A stretch of DNA of 54,765 nt from an uncultured Thermoleophilia bacterium (GTDB lineage: Bacteria > Actinomycetota > Thermoleophilia > UBA2241). Shown one piece after another: positions 26,418 through 34,109 of this stretch. Made by a program: the position numbers and the translations under genes. The notes under the pieces are model-generated. The model saw only the letters and a program-made list of their open reading frames with translations. It was not told the origin of the DNA and searched no databases. How positions within the stretch are numbered: the first letter of the stretch is position 1; each line of letters opens with the position of its first letter. Where the stretch lies: contig CAZJGT010000001.1 of the NCBI GenBank assembly GCA_964545565.1, positions 5,401 to 60,165 of the forward strand, in the 5' to 3' direction.

Positions 26418-26527
26418 GCACCATGAGCCGGCGAGACCCGGCGCGGCACTGGTCGGGGAGTGCTGTTCGTGCTTTAGTAGAAGAGACCGATATGGTCTGC
26501 CCGTTGGGGGAACGGAAGGAGTCGAAC

Positions 26528-28378
26528 GTGGCTGTGGTATCCACACGCACTAGAAGCCGCCTGCTCGTGGCGGCGATCGTCGCGCTGTTGGCCGTCGGGC
26601 TGCTCTGGGGCATCGCCGGCGCGATGGCCTCGAGCGAGAGCCCCGCCGCCGATGGCGGCAAGACCATCCTGCGGCTGGGGTGGACCAACGACCCGGACAA
26701 CCTCAACCCGTTCATCGGCTACGAGTCGTCGTCCTACGAGATCTGGGCGATCAACTACGAGCTGCTGGTCGGCTTCCGCGCGGAGGACTACGCCAACGTG
26801 CCCGGCGTCGGCCTCGCGACCGACTGGCAGACCTCCGACGACGGCAAGGTCTGGACGTTCACCATCACCGACCAGAGCAAGTGGCAGGACGGCAAGCCCC
26901 TCACCGCCGCCGACGTCGCCTTCACCTTCACCTACATCATCGACAACAAGCTCGGCATGTTCACCGACTACACCAAGTTCATCGAGAAGGTCGAGGCGCC
27001 CGACGACGTCACCGTCGTCTTCACCTGCTCGAAGCCGAAGGCCAACATGCTGGGCCTCTGGATCCCTATCCTGCCCGAGCACATCTGGAGCAAGGTCAAG
27101 CCCTCCGAGGTCGAGAACAAGTTCAAGAACGCGCCGCCGATCATCGGCTCGGGGCCCTTCCAGACCGTGGAGTGGAAGAAGGGCGAGTTCGTGCGCATGG
27201 CCGCCAACAAGGACTACTGGCGCGGCGCCCCCAAGGTCGACGAGGTCATCTTCCAGACCTACCAGAACCAGGACACGATGGCGCAGGACCTCAAGACCGG
27301 CAACATCCAGAGCGGCTGGAACATCCCGGCGGCGCAGTTCGACCCGCTGAACAACGAGCCCGACCTCGAGTCGATCCGCGGGGTCGTGATCGGGCTCGAC
27401 CAGCTCGGCTTCAACTGCGCCGACCAGAAGGTGTTCCCCAAGTCGACCGGTCATCCTGTGCTGCAGGACCCGGCATTCCGCAGCGCCCTGCAGTGGGCCG
27501 TGGACAAGGAGAAGATCGTCAGCATCGGCTACACGGGGAACGCAGAACCCGGCGATACCCTGATCACGCGTGACTTCCATGATCCCGAGGCCGACTTCCA
27601 CTGGACGCCGCCGGCCGAGCAGGCCTACACCTTCGATCTCGACAGGGCGCGTCAGGCCTTGGACGAGGCCGGCTACCCCGACGGCGACGGCAACGGCATC
27701 CGTGAGTACAAGGGCAAGGACATCAAGCTGCGCCTGTACGCCCGCACCGAGTCACCCGAGAGCCAGAAGTGCGGCAAGCTGATCACGGGGTGGTTCAAGG
27801 AGGTCGGGCTCGACATCGACTTCCAGATCATCGACGACGGCGCCCTCGGCGACAAGCAGTACAACTACGACGGCGACCAGTTCGCCCCCGACTTCGACCT
27901 GTTCATCTGGGGCTGGGGCGGCGACGTCGACCCCAACTTCATCCTTGGGGTGATGACGACGGACTCGATCGAGAACTGGAGCGACTGCAACTGGTCCAAC
28001 CCCGAGTACGACAAGCTCTTCCTCGAGCAGCAGACGACGATCGACGTGCAGGAGCGTGTCGGGATCGTCCACCGGATGCAGGAGCTCATCTACGACGAGT
28101 CGCCCTACATCCCGCTCGTCTACCCGCTCGACCTCGAGACCGCCAACAAGGGCAAGTGGACCGGCTGGGTGCGGGCCGGCAACGACAAGGGCCTGTGGTG
28201 GTACAACACGCAGCCCGATACCTATGTGGCCGTGCACCCGGGTGCCACCACCACTACGAGTGAAGGCGGCTCGAGCACCGGTCTCATCGTCGGTATCGCG
28301 ATCGCCGCGCTCATCGTCATCGGCGTCGTCTGGGTCCTGATCAGGCGCCGCAGCGGACGCGCCGAGACGGAAGCCTAG
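26528..28378 (+). CDS. Family-5 (peptide/nickel/oligosaccharide type) ABC substrate-binding protein with a C-terminal TM anchor
   Basis: ...LRLGWTNDPDNLNPFIGYESSSYEIWAINYELLVGF...PFQTVEWKKGEFVRMAANKDYWRG... The tail is GATTTTSEGGSSTGLIVGIAIAALIVIGVVWVLIRRRSGR. GTG 26528 is preceded by GGAAGGAG; the 788-aa ORF-track version overlaps rmlA. Confidence 0.85.
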   Translation: MAVVSTRTRSRLLVAAIVALLAVGLLWGIAGAMASSESPAADGGKTILRLGWTNDPDNLNPFIGYESSSYEIWAINYELLVGFRAEDYANVPGVGLATDWQTSDDGKVWTFTITDQSKWQDGKPLTAADVAFTFTYIIDNKLGMFTDYTKFIEKVEAPDDVTVVFTCSKPKANMLGLWIPILPEHIWSKVKPSEVENKFKNAPPIIGSGPFQTVEWKKGEFVRMAANKDYWRGAPKVDEVIFQTYQNQDTMAQDLKTGNIQSGWNIPAAQFDPLNNEPDLESIRGVVIGLDQLGFNCADQKVFPKSTGHPVLQDPAFRSALQWAVDKEKIVSIGYTGNAEPGDTLITRDFHDPEADFHWTPPAEQAYTFDLDRARQALDEAGYPDGDGNGIREYKGKDIKLRLYARTESPESQKCGKLITGWFKEVGLDIDFQIIDDGALGDKQYNYDGDQFAPDFDLFIWGWGGDVDPNFILGVMTTDSIENWSDCNWSNPEYDKLFLEQQTTIDVQERVGIVHRMQELIYDESPYIPLVYPLDLETANKGKWTGWVRAGNDKGLWWYNTQPDTYVAVHPGATTTTSEGGSSTGLIVGIAIAALIVIGVVWVLIRRRSGRAETEA

Positions 28379-28409
28379 GCGACGCAATCCGCCAACGGGT
28401 GATGGCGAG

Positions 28410-28433
28410 GCGGCCGGGGAGCACCCCGGCCGC
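28410..28433. terminator. Perfect 10-bp GC hairpin between the convergent SBP and HNH genes
   Basis: GCGGCCGGGG-agca-CCCCGGCCGC followed by TTCG, with flanking GCGAG/CTTCGC extending the stem. Confidence 0.55.
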
Positions 28434-28443
28434 TTCGCCGCGT

Positions 28444-28947
28444 CTAGGAGGCGAAGCTGAGGTACGGTCGCCAGCTCTCGTGGACGTGGTCCACGTGAAG
28501 CAGGACGAAGGCTGCCGGACCCGGCGGTCGCGGCGGCCGCGCCAGGTGCAGGCCGGCGACGTGCAGCGGCCTGTCTCCCTTTCTGCGGTTGCACGGCGCG
28601 CACGAGGTGACGAGGTTGTCCCATGTGTCGGCTCCGCCCCTCGACCGCGGCACCACGTGGTCGACGGTGAGGTGGCGGGAGCTGCCGCAGTACTGGCAGC
28701 GGTGCTTGTCGCGGGCCAGGACGGCACGTCGCGAGATGCGTGCGGAGGCGGCGTGCCGGGGGATGCGGACGTACGTGGTGAGACGGATAACGAGGGGGAT
28801 CTCGTACGCCGCACGCTCGCTGCGCAGCGCGGTGCCGGACTGCTCGAGCACTTCCGCCTTGTCTTTGAGCAGGAGCACGAGAGCGCGCCGCACCGAACAC
28901 ACATTGAGCGGCTCGTAGGTCGTGTTCAGGACCAGGACCTTGCGCAT
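28444..28947 (-). CDS. HNH endonuclease (small stand-alone type)
   Basis: CQYCGSSRHLTVDHVVPRSRGGADTWDNLVTSCAPCNRRKG. ATG 28947 gives 167 aa; the 313-aa ORF-track version is an Arg-rich upstream extension. Confidence 0.85.
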   Translation of the reverse strand: MRKVLVLNTTYEPLNVCSVRRALVLLLKDKAEVLEQSGTALRSERAAYEIPLVIRLTTYVRIPRHAASARISRRAVLARDKHRCQYCGSSRHLTVDHVVPRSRGGADTWDNLVTSCAPCNRRKGDRPLHVAGLHLARPPRPPGPAAFVLLHVDHVHESWRPYLSFAS

Positions 28948-28955
28948 GACTTTCG

Positions 28956-29007
28956 ATAGTAGCAGATGGCCTCGCGCCTGTGAGAGGCCTCCGCCCTGAC
29001 GTAGACT
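28956..29007. promoter_or_regulatory. Back-to-back -10 boxes for the divergent HNH and rarA genes, both leaderless candidates
   Basis: Minus strand: TACTAT (28961-28956), 8 nt, ATG 28947. Plus strand: TAGACT (29002-29007), 6 nt, GTG 29014. Neither side has an SD. Confidence 0.4.
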
Positions 29008-29013
29008 GGACTC

Positions 29014-30351
29014 GTGGACCTCTTCTCGATGAGTGACGAGCAGGTGGCGGCCGAGGCGCCGCTGGCGGCGCGCATGCGGCCGCGCACCCTCGCGGAGTTC
29101 GCCGGGCAGGAGCACATCGTGGGTCCCGGCACCGTGCTGCGCGCGGCCGTGGAGGGCGGTCAGCTGTTCAGCATGCTCTTCTTCGGACCGCCAGGCAGCG
29201 GCAAGACGACGCTCGCCCGGCTGATCGCGGCCGAGACCGGCGCTCGCCTCGTGCAGCTCTCGGCGGTCAGTTCGGGCACGGCCGACGTGCGCGCCGCGAT
29301 CCAGGGCGCGCGCGAGGCGCGCGCCCTCAGCGCGGCGCGGACCGTCCTGTTCATCGACGAGATCCACCGCTTCAACAAGGCGCAACAGGACGCCCTGCTT
29401 CCCGCCATCGAGGACGGCATCGTGACGCTGATCGGGGCCACGACGGAGAACCCGTATTTCGAGGTCAACTCGGCGCTGATCAGCCGCTGTCAGCTCTACC
29501 GCTTCGAGCCGCTGCCGGCGGAGCTGGTGGAGCGCGTGGTGGAGGCCGCGCTACGGGACGAGGAGCGCGGCCTGGGCCGCGCGCGCGTGACGCTGGGCGA
29601 CGGCGCGCTCGCCTTCCTCGCGGGGATCTCCCGCGGAGACGCGCGCGTGGCGCTCAACGCACTGGAGGCCGCCTGGCGCTCGCGCTCGGCGGCGGCGCCG
29701 GACGGTCCTGCCAGGCTGACGCGCGACGACCTCCAGGATGCGGCGCAGAAGGCACCGGTGATGTACGATCGCGACGACGCGCACTACGACACCATCTCGG
29801 CCTTCATCAAGAGCATGCGCGGCAGCGACGCCGACGCGGCCGTGTACTACCTCGCCTCGATGATCGCCGGCGGCGAGGATCCCAAGTTCATCGCCCGCCG
29901 CATGATCGTCTTCGCCAGCGAGGACGTCGGCAACGCCGACCCGGACGCGCTGCAGGTGGCCGTGGCGGCAGCGCGAGCTGTGGAGTTCGTGGGGCTGCCT
30001 GAGTGCCGTATCAACCTCAGTCAGGCGGCGACGTATCTGGCGCTGGCGCCCAAGAGCAACGCCGCCTACAAGGCGATCGACGCCGCCCTGGACGACGTGC
30101 GCCGGGACGGCAACCAGCCGCCGCCGGCGCATCTGCGGGACGCCAACTATCGCGGCGCGAAGGAACTGGGGCACGGCGCGGGGTACAAGTACCCGCACGC
30201 GAGCGGCGGCTGGGCCGAGCAGCAGTATCTGCCCGATGCGCTCTCAGGCCGGCGCTACTACGTGCCGATACGAGGGGTCGAGAGCGCTTCGGCTGCCCGC
30301 CTGGACGAGGTCAGGCGGCGGGCGCTCGCCGGCAGTGACGACGAGGGGTGA
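29014..30351 (+). CDS. rarA: Replication-associated recombination protein A (AAA+ ATPase RarA/MgsA)
   Basis: [17 protein letters not shown]..., Walker [18 protein letters not shown], Walker [42 protein letters not shown]-terminal MgsA domain. Confidence 0.9.
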   Translation: MDLFSMSDEQVAAEAPLAARMRPRTLAEFAGQEHIVGPGTVLRAAVEGGQLFSMLFFGPPGSGKTTLARLIAAETGARLVQLSAVSSGTADVRAAIQGAREARALSAARTVLFIDEIHRFNKAQQDALLPAIEDGIVTLIGATTENPYFEVNSALISRCQLYRFEPLPAELVERVVEAALRDEERGLGRARVTLGDGALAFLAGISRGDARVALNALEAAWRSRSAAAPDGPARLTRDDLQDAAQKAPVMYDRDDAHYDTISAFIKSMRGSDADAAVYYLASMIAGGEDPKFIARRMIVFASEDVGNADPDALQVAVAAARAVEFVGLPECRINLSQAATYLALAPKSNAAYKAIDAALDDVRRDGNQPPPAHLRDANYRGAKELGHGAGYKYPHASGGWAEQQYLPDALSGRRYYVPIRGVESASAARLDEVRRRALAGSDDEG

Positions 30352-30358
30352 ATATGGC

Positions 30359-30754
30359 GTGACGGGCGTCTATGTGTGGATCCTGATCTTCCTGGTGGTC
30401 GCGCTGGCCGCACTCGTCGCGGTGTGGGCCTATGCACGGATCGTGAAGCGCGACCTCGACACGTCGCCCACCGCGGTGGCCGGCGCACGAGCGATCCTCG
30501 AGGTGACGCCCGCTCACGCCGCGCGGCTGCACGAACTGAGCCCCGAGCCGATCCTGCTCAAACAGAGCGAGGAAGGCGTACGCGTGCAGATAGAGCACCG
30601 GCCGATGCTGCCTTTGATGGCGTTCGTCGGTCAGGACGTGAGCAAGGCGCTCACGGAGGCGTCGGTCCGCGTGACCGAGCAGTGGGGTCCTCGCTGGGTG
30701 GTGCTTCTCAGCGCCGGAGACGACGGGACGGTGTCGGCGCAGCGCCTTGCCTGA
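30359..30754 (+). CDS. Hypothetical single-pass membrane protein
   Basis: VTGVYVWILIFLVVALAALVAVWAYARIV, then a soluble domain of about 100 aa. GTG lies 8 nt after the rarA stop. No family recognised. Confidence 0.5.
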   Translation: MTGVYVWILIFLVVALAALVAVWAYARIVKRDLDTSPTAVAGARAILEVTPAHAARLHELSPEPILLKQSEEGVRVQIEHRPMLPLMAFVGQDVSKALTEASVRVTEQWGPRWVVLLSAGDDGTVSAQRLA

Positions 30755-30795
30755 GCCGTGCGGCAGGACTGCACACCGCCCCAGCGTATACAGAG

Positions 30796-30838
30796 CTGTA
30801 AACTGTAAAGCTCGGGCACGTTTCTTCCGACGTACACT
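30796..30838 (+). promoter_or_regulatory. Tandem CTGTAAA-CTGTAAA element plus -10 TACACT upstream of the ytxH-like gene
   Basis: Exact 7-mer duplication at 30796-30809, flanked by the inverted pair GAGCT/AGCTC. TACACT at 30833-30838. This is the most AT-rich stretch of the intergenic region. Confidence 0.35.
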
Positions 30839-30892
30839 CCGCCGGCTTCGCGCGCCTGTGCGGCTGGCACGGCAGCGGTGAAGGAGGCAGCA

Positions 30893-32176
30893 ATGAAGGT
30901 GATGAGGTTTCTGCTCGGGCTCGCGATAGGGGCAGGCGTCGCGATGCTGTTCGCCCCGAAGAGCGGGCGTGCGCTGAGGGAGCAGCTGATCGGTGGCGCA
31001 AGCGGCCCGCTTCTGGAAGCAGCACCCGATGACTACCCGCGGCCCGAGCCAGTCGGAGACTGGGGCGGTCCGGCGGCAGGCGTGGCGGACGAGCCGGCAG
31101 TGGTTGACGAAGAGCCCGCCGTTGCAGCGGAGACGGTGATCGTCGAGGACGCGGCAGCTGATGCCGTCGCCGAGGAGCCCGCCGCGGCGCCGGTCGTCGA
31201 GCCCCCGTCTCCAGAGGCTCAGCCCGAGGCTCCGGCGAGCGACGACTTGAGGGAGCGCATCGACGAGACGCGTGCCGCCGTCGAGAGTGAGCTGGCCGAA
31301 CCATTTGCGGACGGGGCTGTCGAAGAGGCCGTGGTGGCCGAAGAGGCGGCCGAAGAGGCCGTGGCTGAGGAGATCGTCGCCGAAGCCGTCGCCGAAGAGG
31401 CAGTCGAAGAGGCCGTGGTGGCCGTAGAGGTCGCCGAAGAAGCCGTTGTCGAGGCCGCGGTGGCAGAAGAGGTCGCCGAAGAAGCCGTCGCCGAGGCCGT
31501 GGTGGCAGAAGAGGTCGCCGAAGAAGCCGTCGCCGAGGCTGTGGTGGCCGAGGAGCTCGCCGAAGAGGCGGTTGCCGAGGAGATCGCGGAAGACGCCGTC
31601 GAGGAGGCCGTCGCGGACGCGGAGGCCGCCGAAGCCGTCGCCGAGGCTGCCGTCGAGGAGGCCGTCATCACGGAAGAGGTCGCCGAAGAAGCCGTCGCCG
31701 AGGCCGTGGTGGCCGAGGAGCTCGCCGAAGACGCCGTGGCGGAGGAGATCGTCGCCGAAGCCGTCGCCGAGGCTGCCGTCGAGGAGGCCGTGGTCACGGA
31801 AGAGGTCGCCGAAGAGGCAGTTGCCGAAGCCATCCCTGGAGAGCCGAAGCCGGAGCTCATCGCCGACACGGGTGTGACCGCCGCCGCGACGGTCGTCGAC
31901 GAGCCCGTCGTATCGGAGGACGAGGCGGCGCCCGCGGCCGAGGAGGTCCCGCGCGAGGGCGGCAGCATCGACCAGGCGGAGATGCGTCGTCGCATCGAGG
32001 AGACGCGTGCTCGCCTCAAGGCCAAGGCCTTCGACGCGATGATGAGCGGTGAGGCTGCTCTCCTCTCCCGCGACAGCGGGGAGAAGCCGGTGCCGACCGG
32101 CGACGACGCCGGACTCGACCTCGACGCCGAGACAGACACGGTCATCGACGAGTCGCTCTCCCAGGAAGACTACTGA
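30893..32176 (+). CDS. YtxH-domain protein with a long acidic Ala/Glu/Val repeat region
   Basis: N-terminus MKVMRFLLGLAIGAGVAMLFAPKSGRALREQL (YtxH signature), followed by about 175 aa built almost only from A, E and V. ATG 30893 lies 6 nt after GAAGGAGG. Confidence 0.75.
   Translation: MKVMRFLLGLAIGAGVAMLFAPKSGRALREQLIGGASGPLLEAAPDDYPRPEPVGDWGGPAAGVADEPAVVDEEPAVAAETVIVEDAAADAVAEEPAAAPVVEPPSPEAQPEAPASDDLRERIDETRAAVESELAEPFADGAVEEAVVAEEAAEEAVAEEIVAEAVAEEAVEEAVVAVEVAEEAVVEAAVAEEVAEEAVAEAVVAEEVAEEAVAEAVVAEELAEEAVAEEIAEDAVEEAVADAEAAEAVAEAAVEEAVITEEVAEEAVAEAVVAEELAEDAVAEEIVAEAVAEAAVEEAVVTEEVAEEAVAEAIPGEPKPELIADTGVTAAATVVDEPVVSEDEAAPAAEEVPREGGSIDQAEMRRRIEETRARLKAKAFDAMMSGEAALLSRDSGEKPVPTGDDAGLDLDAETDTVIDESLSQEDY
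31316..31835 (+). repeat. In-frame tandem repeat array (42-nt units inside a higher-order repeat of about 170 nt) encoding AEEAVAE-type heptads
   Basis: 31461-31502 and 31503-31544 are 42-nt copies differing at one base. 31505-31590 recurs near 31673-31760. The antisense frame yields the spurious SSATASS ORF 31219-32145. Confidence 0.85.
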
Positions 32177-32188
32177 TCGAAGGACGAG

Positions 32189-32230
32189 CGAGGCCGGCGG
32201 GCTCTAGCGTTTGAGAGCCCGCCGGCCTCG
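32189..32230. terminator. Perfect 17-bp hairpin between the convergent ytxH-like and M28 genes
   Basis: CGAGGCCGGCGGGCTCT-agcgtttg-AGAGCCCGCCGGCCTCG. It covers the last 9 codons of the M28 gene (stop at 32204-32206). Confidence 0.6.
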
Positions 32231-34051
32231 CCATCGTGCCCGGCCACTGTCGCTTCTGCTTCGCGGATCCGCCTGCGCGATGGCGGCCCATTCCTCGTCG
32301 CTCGGTCTCCCCGCCCCGCGTCGCTCGATCGCCGGCCAGGTGAGGGACCCGGGAGCCAGGCCGCGTTCGTGCAGAGTGTGGGCGAGCACACCGGCCGTGG
32401 AGAAGAACAGCGCTGCCAGCAGCACGGCTCCCGCGGGGATCGTGCGGTTCTCGAACAGCAGGAAGAAGTACCACCAGATCTTCCAGCCCGTGTCCAACTG
32501 CAGGGCGTAGTAGATCAGCGGCACCGGCACCATGACGAGCCCGAGGTACACGGGAAGGACGGAGCGCGCCCAGCCGCCGGGTCGGGCAAGAGGCCAGAGG
32601 ACGGCGGCCGGCAACACCAGCAGGATGGTGTAGGGCTCGATGAGAAGCGCCAGCAGCGCGATGGCGACGAGCACCAGGTGCGAGATGAAGATGGTGGCAC
32701 GCGCGTCGGAGGTGATGCGTCGGTCCAGACGCCGCTCCACGGCGACTGCATAGGCGTACGCGAGGACCATCAGAGCGACGAGGACGACGACGCGGAGGTA
32801 GCGCGGGTTGGCGGCGAGGCGTGAATCCGGCGGGATCACGGCATCGGGGCTGTGTGGCAGCAGGCCTACGAGATTGGCGAAGTAGACGATCGCGATGAGA
32901 ACGAGCCATGGGGCGAGGTGCAGTCCCGCGCGCACGAGCGCCGGGCGCACAAGCACGCGCGCGCGACGGCAATGCGCGAAGAGGTCGACGGTGACCGCGC
33001 CGAGCGGCAGGAGCAAGGCGGCGAGGATCGCGGCGAGCGCGCCGCCCGGAAGCGTCGCCCCGTGGGTCAGGAAGATGGCGCCGCCGCTCGGCGCTCCGGG
33101 CTCGGTGGTCTCGTCGACGGCCATCACCATGCTCTGCACGGTCATTCCCACCTTCGTGAGCGTCTCGCTGGAGACGGTGTCGAGCGTGTCGTTCTGCGCC
33201 GGCTCCGACGAGCCGGCAGCGCTCACCGTGATGGCCGGCACCCCGGCGGCCACGAAGGGCCCCTGGCTGCCGGCGCTCGTCGGCACCGCCAGCCGGAGTA
33301 TCTGGGCGGCGACGGTCGGCAGCTCAGCCTGCATGTTGGCGTCGCGTCTGGCCGCCGGCGCGGTCAGCAGCCACAACCAGGGCGGCGCCGTCCGCGGCTC
33401 CGAGCTCCAGCCGTCCAGTTCGATGCCGTCGCTATCGCGCTTGGCCACGTCGCGCAGGGCGATCACGGCGTAGAGGTCGTCGGTCTGGTGGGCTTCGACG
33501 AACTGGCGCGCGCCGAGAGCGCCGTAGGCGTCCCCGGTGGTGCAAAGGAAGATGAGGGTGTGCTCGTGCGCCGTCACGGTGAAGGTCTCGGCGAGGGTCA
33601 GGAGGGCGGCGACGCCGGAAGCGTTGTCGCCGGCGCCCTGCGTCGCCAGAGGCGGGACGTCGCGGTTGGCGAGGATCATGATGGTCCCCCGGGAACGCCC
33701 CTTGGAGACGGCCCAGACGTTCTGCAGGGCCACACTCTCGCCGTTGACCGTCGCGGCGAGGCCGTCGATGTGCGTCTCGAGCCCAGCCTCTTTGAACTGC
33801 TGCTCGACCCAGATGCCCAGACGGTTGTCCGGATCGGTGCCGGCGACACGCTGTGGATAGTCCTCGACGATGGTCTTGAGATCGGCGTACGCCGACTCGC
33901 CGTCGAAGGACGGTGGATCTTGGCTGAGCTTGGGAGTGCCGGGGCTGCCGAGGGTGAACAGCGCCACGACGACGAGTACCGCCGCGATCACCCAGGCGGC
34001 TCGATACACCTTCAGGTTGGGCAGGGAGACCTCCTCGGGCGTGCCGAGCAT
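32204..34051 (-). CDS. M28-family metallopeptidase fused to a C-terminal polytopic membrane domain
   Basis: N-terminal TM, then ...GTIMILANRDVPPLATQGAGDNASGVAALLTLAE...LIFLCTTGDAYGALGARQF (M28 zinc ligand region), then about 9 TM helices. I prefer ATG 34051 over 34171. Confidence 0.8.
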   Translation of the reverse strand: MLGTPEEVSLPNLKVYRAAWVIAAVLVVVALFTLGSPGTPKLSQDPPSFDGESAYADLKTIVEDYPQRVAGTDPDNRLGIWVEQQFKEAGLETHIDGLAATVNGESVALQNVWAVSKGRSRGTIMILANRDVPPLATQGAGDNASGVAALLTLAETFTVTAHEHTLIFLCTTGDAYGALGARQFVEAHQTDDLYAVIALRDVAKRDSDGIELDGWSSEPRTAPPWLWLLTAPAARRDANMQAELPTVAAQILRLAVPTSAGSQGPFVAAGVPAITVSAAGSSEPAQNDTLDTVSSETLTKVGMTVQSMVMAVDETTEPGAPSGGAIFLTHGATLPGGALAAILAALLLPLGAVTVDLFAHCRRARVLVRPALVRAGLHLAPWLVLIAIVYFANLVGLLPHSPDAVIPPDSRLAANPRYLRVVVLVALMVLAYAYAVAVERRLDRRITSDARATIFISHLVLVAIALLALLIEPYTILLVLPAAVLWPLARPGGWARSVLPVYLGLVMVPVPLIYYALQLDTGWKIWWYFFLLFENRTIPAGAVLLAALFFSTAGVLAHTLHERGLAPGSLTWPAIERRGAGRPSDEEWAAIAQADPRSRSDSGRARWRGRRALKR

Positions 34052-34109
34052 CCTATCAGAAGCCTCGCACGGGGCATCATGGGTATGATGACGCCATGGA
34101 GCACCGGGG

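Noticed and set aside
26012-26527. N-terminal 172-aa extension of the solute-binding protein ORF (also the extended versions of ORFs 28444-29385, 40294-41682, 42632-44137, 49684-50892, 22576-23700)
   Set aside because: The extensions overlap neighbouring genes and are Arg-rich. Internal GTG/ATG starts with an SD or a 4-nt overlap give proteins that begin at the expected family N-termini.
28444-30351. HNH nuclease plus AAA+ ATPase as a possible defence system
   Set aside because: The ATPase has the full RarA/MgsA signature, a housekeeping replication-recombination factor. The genes are divergent rather than an operon, and no methylase, helicase or other defence partner is nearby.
31219-32145. 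308-aa Ser/Ala/Thr-repeat ORF on the minus strand
   Set aside because: It is the reverse-complement reading of the Ala/Glu/Val repeat. The plus-strand gene has an SD, a YtxH N-terminus and a non-repetitive C-terminal module.
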